Origin: Eledone cirrhosa
Taxonomy: Eukaryota
Assembly (NCBI GenBank): GCA_964016885.1
Contig: OZ024743.1
Span: forward strand, 107,260,001 to 107,324,000
Length of the DNA stretch: 64,000 nt
Direction: 5' to 3'
Position numbers and translations under genes: made by a program. Under the pieces are notes generated by a model that was given only the letters and a program-made list of their open reading frames with translations, had not been told where the DNA came from and did no database searches. The number at the start of each line of letters is the position of its first letter. Within the stretch, counting starts at the first letter, position 1. This document shows, piece by piece, positions 57,657 through 64,000 of this stretch.

Positions 57657-59567
57657 ATGGCGGAGCCACGCCCCCTAGAGGCGGGTCTGCTGTCGTGCAA
57701 CGGCGACTTGAGCGTTGAGAGGAGAGGTGAGGCGAGGAGCGCCACCAGCACGAATGTGAGCAGCGACAGTGCCAGCACCAACGGGCCGAGCGGCGCGGAA
57801 GGTGGTAACAGCGACAACACCAACACCAACAAGCCGAACAGCGCAGAAGGTGGTAATAGCGAGAGCACCAACAAAACGAACAGCACAGAGAGTAATAGTA
57901 GCGACAGCAGCAGCACCAACAAGGCCAACAGCACAGAAGGTAACCACGACACAGGGGAGAACAACAACAGCAATAGCAGCAGCAACACCAACAAGAACAA
58001 CAACAGTGACAACACCAACAAGAACACTTTCGCTGCTGTGGCAGCGGCTAAAAGGAGACCATGCTACAGCATCGACTTAACCAACAGAGAGGAAAAGTTG
58101 GCCCAGGCCTGGAAAATCATAAATCAAGAGCAGACCTGGGCAAACTTAACTGTCCCGGCAGAAGCCATTGAGGCAGTGGAAAAAAGAACGGTGCATTTCA
58201 GATGCATCTCAGTAGAGACAAAGAGGGCAGCGATAATCGCCCAAGCTGACATAGAAGCCGCACTGAAATACATCAGAGAGGACACAGACTTCATAGAGAG
58301 GGGCAGGCAATACGGCACCGTTTCGGTGCTGTTCAAGTCTGAAGCCCTCGCTGTGAAGCATTCAATGACCCCTTGCAAAACCAGCAAGGTCATAATGTAC
58401 CCCTCCCACATGGGAAAACGAATAGCACGTGTGCGCATTCCCAGGATTCCACCAGGACTTGATATGTGGTGGCTCCTGGGTTGCGTAATCGTGGAAGGAA
58501 CGGATACAGTCCCGGTAGAGGCAACGAGAACTGCCAGGGACGACTGGTCCGGGGTTGATCTGGAGATACTGCTCCAAATCAGACCCGAAAACGTAAAAAC
58601 AATCCCGGACCACATCCGCCTCCAAAACGGGAGGGTGTTGCATATAATGACTGAGGGCAAAAGGCCGCATTGTTTCCTTTGTGGGGAAACGACACACTTG
58701 CGAGCCTTCTGCCCTCAACTGCCGAAAAGCGCAAGGGGTCGAAAGATTCCACTGCTGGCGACGCCGGGACAAGGACCACCAGCAACACCGTCAACAATGG
58801 AACCACCAAAATTGCACACCCAGGGGGGAAACGAGGAAAGCTCTCCCATTCCCCCTCCCCCCCAAAATACACACACGAACAAGAACATAAACACTCACTC
58901 AGACACAAACACGCTCACAGCCACAGACCCCTCATCCTCCAGCAGTGAAGATGAGGGAAAACCAAAGTCCCCCAAAATACAAAAAACAAAACACAAAAAA
59001 AAAAGAAATCCACAAAGCACAAACACCCCCACAAAAAAAAATACACACACCACCCACACAAACATTTTCCCCACAGCATCACCAACACAACCACCAAAAT
59101 CCCCCAAACGCAAACAAGCTAAACAGACACAAGAACAAATAGACACACAAACATCAGAAACTACAGACACCCCACCCACAACAAACGCAGACACAATAGA
59201 AACAACACTAACAAAGCTATCACCACCACAATCACACGAACAAATAAAACCCGAGCAACAAAACATTAAAAACTTCGTGCTTGCCAGAAGGGCCAACAAG
59301 GAATTGATGGCCCATGTAGCACGAAGCACAAACATCGAAAAAGACGGGGAAACATTTGAAGCGAGCACATTTCGCGTACCAGATAATTTGCTTCTGATGC
59401 GAATGTCGCTCGCTTCATACAAAGAAATTCGAAAGAGCTTTCCTCGGGATGTGGGAACCCCGAACGTAAAACCCACGTCAAGACTATTAAAGGGGTTCCC
59501 AAAAGAAACCCCACAAACCATGGAGGTCGAACCACCCGACCTTCACAAGACCCCGGAAGGTAAGTAA
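57657..59567 (+). CDS. D ORF1, gag-like protein
   Basis: AAAAACATGG start, Asn/Ser-rich N-terminus, knuckle CFLCGETTHLRAFC. Confidence 0.88.
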   Translation: MAEPRPLEAGLLSCNGDLSVERRGEARSATSTNVSSDSASTNGPSGAEGGNSDNTNTNKPNSAEGGNSESTNKTNSTESNSSDSSSTNKANSTEGNHDTGENNNSNSSSNTNKNNNSDNTNKNTFAAVAAAKRRPCYSIDLTNREEKLAQAWKIINQEQTWANLTVPAEAIEAVEKRTVHFRCISVETKRAAIIAQADIEAALKYIREDTDFIERGRQYGTVSVLFKSEALAVKHSMTPCKTSKVIMYPSHMGKRIARVRIPRIPPGLDMWWLLGCVIVEGTDTVPVEATRTARDDWSGVDLEILLQIRPENVKTIPDHIRLQNGRVLHIMTEGKRPHCFLCGETTHLRAFCPQLPKSARGRKIPLLATPGQGPPATPSTMEPPKLHTQGGNEESSPIPPPPQNTHTNKNINTHSDTNTLTATDPSSSSSEDEGKPKSPKIQKTKHKKKRNPQSTNTPTKKNTHTTHTNIFPTASPTQPPKSPKRKQAKQTQEQIDTQTSETTDTPPTTNADTIETTLTKLSPPQSHEQIKPEQQNIKNFVLARRANKELMAHVARSTNIEKDGETFEASTFRVPDNLLLMRMSLASYKEIRKSFPRDVGTPNVKPTSRLLKGFPKETPQTMEVEPPDLHKTPEGK

Positions 59568-59596
59568 ACCTTTCCTCTCCCATTCATCCTGCCAGC

Positions 59597-62500
59597 ATGG
59601 CCATAAGAGTAGGAAGTTTAAATGTTCGTGGCCTGGGGTCGCCCTGGAAGCAAGGTCACTTGCTCAACGACCTCAGGTCACTAGGAATGGATGTAATTGC
59701 CATCAGCGAGACCAGAATTTCCGACACACGCGCACTGGCGCCGATTTTCGACGATTATCAGATCTTTGCATCTGTTAGTCGGCCGGGAATGGGAGGTGGA
59801 GTGGCTGTGCTGTTTAGGAAATGTCTGGATCTCGAGGTAAGGTCAATCTTCCGGGATCCTGACGGAAAGTTGGTGGTCCTGGACGTGAGCAATAGCGAAG
59901 GTGGTGCCTTTAGACTGGTGGCCGTCTACGCCCCTACTGGGGCCGGTCGGCCGGACTTCTTTAGGCGCCTGGAAAACTTTCTGCTTACGTCTCGCCCTTT
60001 ACTGTTAATAGGGGATTGGAATGGCATCTTAGAAGCACGCTGGGATTGTGTGGGAGTATCTGATAGGAGCGGGGGGTGCAAAAGCCTCAAGTACCTGATC
60101 AGCCAGTTTCAACTGTCTGACAGGTACCGACTAGATTTCCCTAATGCGCCAGTATGGACCTGGACCAATCGCATAGGGTCATCTAGATCGTACATAGATA
60201 GGATTTTCATTAGGAAAAGAGATAGAAATAGTGTAGGATGTCCACATTTTAAAACGGTTGCCTATTCAGATCACAAGCTTGTGATCTGTATGGTCGACCT
60301 AGATAAGACACGTAGGTTAGGACCTAGCTACTGGAAGCTAAACATGTCGTTTCCGGCACGTAAAGCTTACAGGGACCGGGTCAACAACTTAGTTAAGCAA
60401 AAGTTGACAGGGGGGGTTGTCAACAACAGGTGGTGGGGGGCACTCAAAAGAGAGATTAGAGCAACCTCGATAGGATTTAGCAAAGAAGTAGCAATAGAGA
60501 AAAATAGAAAGGAGGAGGGGCTGATAGCTAAGTTAGACGAGGCTATTTGTAGTGGCATTGCAACAGACGTGCTAGCGGCGAGAATGGCACTAGACCATTT
60601 CTTCAATGCGAAACACGAAGGTTGCATTGTCAGAGCTAAGGCGCGTGCTCTGAGGAACGAGGGAACCAAAGCTGCCCGATGGGCTCGCTTTGCAGAGACG
60701 CAGCGTGGAAATAAAACCACAATTCGGTCTTTGACGGATCGAGATGGACACGAACTGAGCGATTCCAAGCAGATGTGTGAGGCCTTTCGCCAGCACTTTG
60801 CTCGATTGTTCGGGAGGATGGGTGAGTCGGAGACGGCGGCGGACTTCAGTCCCTACCTCGACGGCTTGCCACGCCTCTCGACGGCCGACGCTGAGCGCTG
60901 CGAAGAGCCGATAACATCAGCCGAAATTCAGGACGCCCTTGTCGGCTGCTCGAGTCGCAAGTCACCCGGTTTGGATGGTCTGCCCTACGAGCTTTACGTA
61001 AATATGCCAGACTTGTTCTCCGATCTCCTCGAAGCGCTCTACTGCAACTGGCAGCAGAACGGGAGCATTCCCAGTTCTGTGAGCCGTGGCGTAGTGACGC
61101 TGATAAGGAAAGACGAGAACAAGAGGGACACACTAGATAATTTCAGGCCCATAACCCTGCTCAACACAGAGTTTAAGATTTTGGCCAAGGTGTTAGCGAA
61201 AAGGTTGGCGCTTGTCGTCAAAGATTTGGTTGGGGAGGCGCAAACTTGCGCAATCCCGACCAGGTCCATACACGACAACCTCCACCTCATGCGATACATC
61301 ATAGAGAGGGTTGGGTGCAAACCTGGCTTCGGTGGGGCTCTGATCAATTTAGATCAATCGAAAGCATTCGATAGGGTCGACCATCGGTACTTGGAGGCTG
61401 TCCTCGAGGCGGCTGGCTTCGGCCCCGTCTTCAGAAGCTGGATCGCTGCAATGTACAGCGGCATCCGCTCGGTGGTCAAAGTTAATGGCCACCTCTCGGA
61501 ACCGTTTCAGATCTCTCGATCGGTCCGTCAAGGGTGCCCTCTCTCCTCACTTCTGTACGTATTGACTCTTGAGCCTCTACTGCGGAAGCTGGAGTTGTTG
61601 CAGGGCATCCCGCTCGAACCGGGACGTAGAAAGGCTGCGTCCGCTTATGCGGACGACATCACCGTGATGGTGTCGGACACCTCGGAAATCGAGGTGATCC
61701 GCACCCATTTGGAGGAATATGAAAGGTTGACGGGAGCAAAACTTAACCCGGAAAAGTCGGTGGGCTTGCAGCTCGGCACCTGGAGAGGCAAGTCCATGCC
61801 GTCCAACAGCGTCGTTGGGCGCTGGACAGACGGACCGGTAAAGTTGCTCGGGGTTTGGTTCGGACCAGACCTCCAGGTGGATAAGAATTGGGACGAGGTG
61901 ACGAGCAGGATAGCCAACCTCACCCAGAAATGGGCTGAGAGAAAGCTATCACTGAAAGGGCGGGCGGAGGTGGCGAACGCGTACATCGCGTCCGTCATCT
62001 ACTACCGCCTGACCGTCGTGCCTTGCCCCCGTCCACGCCTCGCCAATTTGGAACGGCTCCTTTTCAAATTTTTGTGGAGGGGACGGGTCCCGTTGGTGAG
62101 GCGGTCCATCTGCTGCCAGCACCCTCTTCGTGGAGGGCTGGGCATGCCGTGGCTAATGATGCGCAGACATGCGCTGAGGCTGCGACATCTCCAGATATTT
62201 TGCCTAAACGGTGAACAGGTGTGGTCGCCGTTTGTTAGACGGGCCTTTCCGCAGCTCATCTTTTTGACTGAGCTGCAGTCCTGGGTCAAGAAGAGACCGA
62301 GACTGGGCGACTGGCATCTGGAATGTTGCCAGGCGCTCACTGCACTCTGCAAGGTGGGCAATGCGGTCAGTGGAACTTCCACTCAAGATTTCTATAGAGG
62401 ATTAGTGGAGGGCAAGTGCGATGACGTACTAGGAGAGGCTCTGGGCGTCAACGAAGTAGAACTGACCAGTATGTTCCGGAGGACTTTCGAGCCGGGGACG

Positions 62501-63016
62501 ATGGATAACTTCCAGAAATCCCTCGCTTGGCAGTGCTACCGGGGGGCGCTGCCGGTTCGGGATAAACTCTACAGGCACGGAAGTGCTGTCAGACGAACCT
62601 GCCCGAGATGCGCGCAGAGCGACGAAACCGTTCTGCACGCACTCGTCCAGTGTCCGTGCATTGCTGACTTGTGGGGTTATGTCGAACAGCTATTGTCGCG
62701 TGTAGAACGGATCCGGCTATCGTCCGAGTCCATAGTGAAGATTGACCCGCCGCCTTCTTTTGGTCAGGAAGGGCAGGCAATTTTCCTCTGCCTGGTGGCA
62801 GTAGCGAAAGAGGTTGCATGGTGGACCAGGTTGAAAGGACTGAAGACAGACACTTTTCTCTTCGGCCAATCCCTCATCAACTTCTTCAAGTTTCACTTGG
62901 AAAGGAAGGTGAGGGTGGAGAGAGAAGTGCTGCCCCCCAGTACATTTACTGAAAGGTGGGTGAATGTGGCGAGAATGGCCCGCGTGAGTGGGCCTACTCT
63001 GATCATGCGCCTGTAG
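59597..63016 (+). CDS. D ORF2, APE endonuclease + reverse transcriptase (1139 aa)
   Basis: SLNVRGL, GDWN, YIDR, SDH, AYADD, CPRC; collinear with B2 ORF2. Confidence 0.95.
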   Translation: MAIRVGSLNVRGLGSPWKQGHLLNDLRSLGMDVIAISETRISDTRALAPIFDDYQIFASVSRPGMGGGVAVLFRKCLDLEVRSIFRDPDGKLVVLDVSNSEGGAFRLVAVYAPTGAGRPDFFRRLENFLLTSRPLLLIGDWNGILEARWDCVGVSDRSGGCKSLKYLISQFQLSDRYRLDFPNAPVWTWTNRIGSSRSYIDRIFIRKRDRNSVGCPHFKTVAYSDHKLVICMVDLDKTRRLGPSYWKLNMSFPARKAYRDRVNNLVKQKLTGGVVNNRWWGALKREIRATSIGFSKEVAIEKNRKEEGLIAKLDEAICSGIATDVLAARMALDHFFNAKHEGCIVRAKARALRNEGTKAARWARFAETQRGNKTTIRSLTDRDGHELSDSKQMCEAFRQHFARLFGRMGESETAADFSPYLDGLPRLSTADAERCEEPITSAEIQDALVGCSSRKSPGLDGLPYELYVNMPDLFSDLLEALYCNWQQNGSIPSSVSRGVVTLIRKDENKRDTLDNFRPITLLNTEFKILAKVLAKRLALVVKDLVGEAQTCAIPTRSIHDNLHLMRYIIERVGCKPGFGGALINLDQSKAFDRVDHRYLEAVLEAAGFGPVFRSWIAAMYSGIRSVVKVNGHLSEPFQISRSVRQGCPLSSLLYVLTLEPLLRKLELLQGIPLEPGRRKAASAYADDITVMVSDTSEIEVIRTHLEEYERLTGAKLNPEKSVGLQLGTWRGKSMPSNSVVGRWTDGPVKLLGVWFGPDLQVDKNWDEVTSRIANLTQKWAERKLSLKGRAEVANAYIASVIYYRLTVVPCPRPRLANLERLLFKFLWRGRVPLVRRSICCQHPLRGGLGMPWLMMRRHALRLRHLQIFCLNGEQVWSPFVRRAFPQLIFLTELQSWVKKRPRLGDWHLECCQALTALCKVGNAVSGTSTQDFYRGLVEGKCDDVLGEALGVNEVELTSMFRRTFEPGTMDNFQKSLAWQCYRGALPVRDKLYRHGSAVRRTCPRCAQSDETVLHALVQCPCIADLWGYVEQLLSRVERIRLSSESIVKIDPPPSFGQEGQAIFLCLVAVAKEVAWWTRLKGLKTDTFLFGQSLINFFKFHLERKVRVEREVLPPSTFTERWVNVARMARVSGPTLIMRL

Positions 63017-63306
63017 GCTGGTGAATTCGAGAAGGAGAGGGGTGCCCTTCCCGGGTGCCCTAGGAGCGTCGGGTGGCTCAGGACTGGTGGGGTGCTTGAG
63101 TCAACCCTGGGTGGTGATCCCTCTTATTGGGGAACTTTCATTGTTGTATTTTTATTGTTATTTTGTTTTTGTTTTTTTGTTATTTATACTTACTCGATCT
63201 CTATGTAAACCCCCACTGTCCCTGTCTATTGTGTTGTCCCCTATATGTCGGCCCTTGTGGCCAATAAATGAAATCATTATTATTATTATTATTATTGTTG
63301 TTATTA

Positions 63307-64000
63307 CTCTTTGAGTCTCATTCATTGATGTTAGTTAACTGGAAAGTTTGTTGAAATGAATATCAAGCTACTACCTGCAGCCTCAGATATTCAGGACATA
63401 TCGGAGGGTTCTTGCTGTTCCCAGCAAGCATGCCTTTTGAAGCGTTCCAAAAAGCGTGAAGGGGCCAATTTTCTTTAACCATCCCTGGACACTTTTTGAG
63501 ATAGTACCTAGTGCGCCTATGACAATCGGGATCACTTTGATTTCATGGCAGTTCCAAATCCTTTTTACCTCCCACTTTAAGTCCTGGTATCGGTTAATTT
63601 TCTCTCTCTCCTTCTCTTGCACTCTCGTGTCAAATGGGCAGGCCACATCCACAATCAGGCACGATCTTTTTTCTTTGTCCACAACCACCAGGTCAGGTTT
63701 ATTGTGTTCCAGTTTCTTGTCCGTCTGTATCCTAAAATCCCACAGCACCTTCACCTGATCGTTTTCTATCACCGCCTCTGGCTTATGCTCATACCACTTC
63801 TCAGAATGTGGTAAATGGTTTACTTTGCATAGGTGCCAGTGGATCACCCTGTCCATCACATCATGTCTCCAGCCCTTATAGTGAGTCTGGGCTAGGTGTT
63901 TACACTCGGATACAATGTGAGCCACAATCTCCTCACTCTCTCCACAGATCCTGCACAGTGGGCTAGCCTCCTCCTTGTAAATATGGTGTTTCAACCACTT
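63307..64000 (-). mobile_element. R4/Dong-type RLE retrotransposon E (same family as A); runs off the window
   Basis: ORF 63383-63994 and 3'UTR closely match A; tail-to-tail with D across (TTA)n. Confidence 0.9.

Larger units (their letters stand above)
57447..63275 (+). mobile_element. Full-length intact Tx1/L1-clade LINE D (5.8 kb), second family, inserted in (TTA)n
   Basis: Separated from B2 by (ATT)14 only; same junction register as B1/B2. Confidence 0.95.

Noticed and set aside
43699-62819. Antisense and overlapping ORFs within the Tx1 elements
   Set aside because: Expected shadows of GC-rich or low-complexity coding sequence; no independent motifs
41340-64000. CRISPR-like or telomeric array
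   Set aside because: The spacers are whole retrotransposons; the repeat is TTA rather than TTAGGG, and no cas genes or chromosome end are evident

Overview
AT-rich, microsatellite-saturated eukaryotic DNA. The repeat repertoire is consistent with an octopus or other cephalopod, but that is inference. No host gene is recognisable. Bases 1-41 kb hold decayed repeats: many copies of a tRNA-derived SINE with target-site duplications (TSDs), Penelope-like element (PLE) relics with hammerhead ribozyme motifs (one complete GUC hammerhead, one minimal, and U3-A8 core variants), mariner/MITE relics, a CRE-type RLE fragment and a decayed Tx1 LINE ending in (TC)n. Bases 41.4-64 kb are a ~22.6 kb array of six non-LTR retrotransposons separated almost only by short (TTA)n tracts. 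Three Tx1/L1-clade APE elements lie on the + strand: two are full-length with intact ORF1 and 1139-aa ORF2, one is internally deleted. Three R4/Dong-type RLE elements lie on the - strand. The two Tx1 families share a covarying 5'UTR hairpin at a near-identical distance from the ORF1 ATG, splice-donor motifs at equivalent positions, an unnamed ORF1 C-terminal block, and a 3' terminus resembling that of the SINE. All calls were made by eye; boundaries of decayed elements are approximate.
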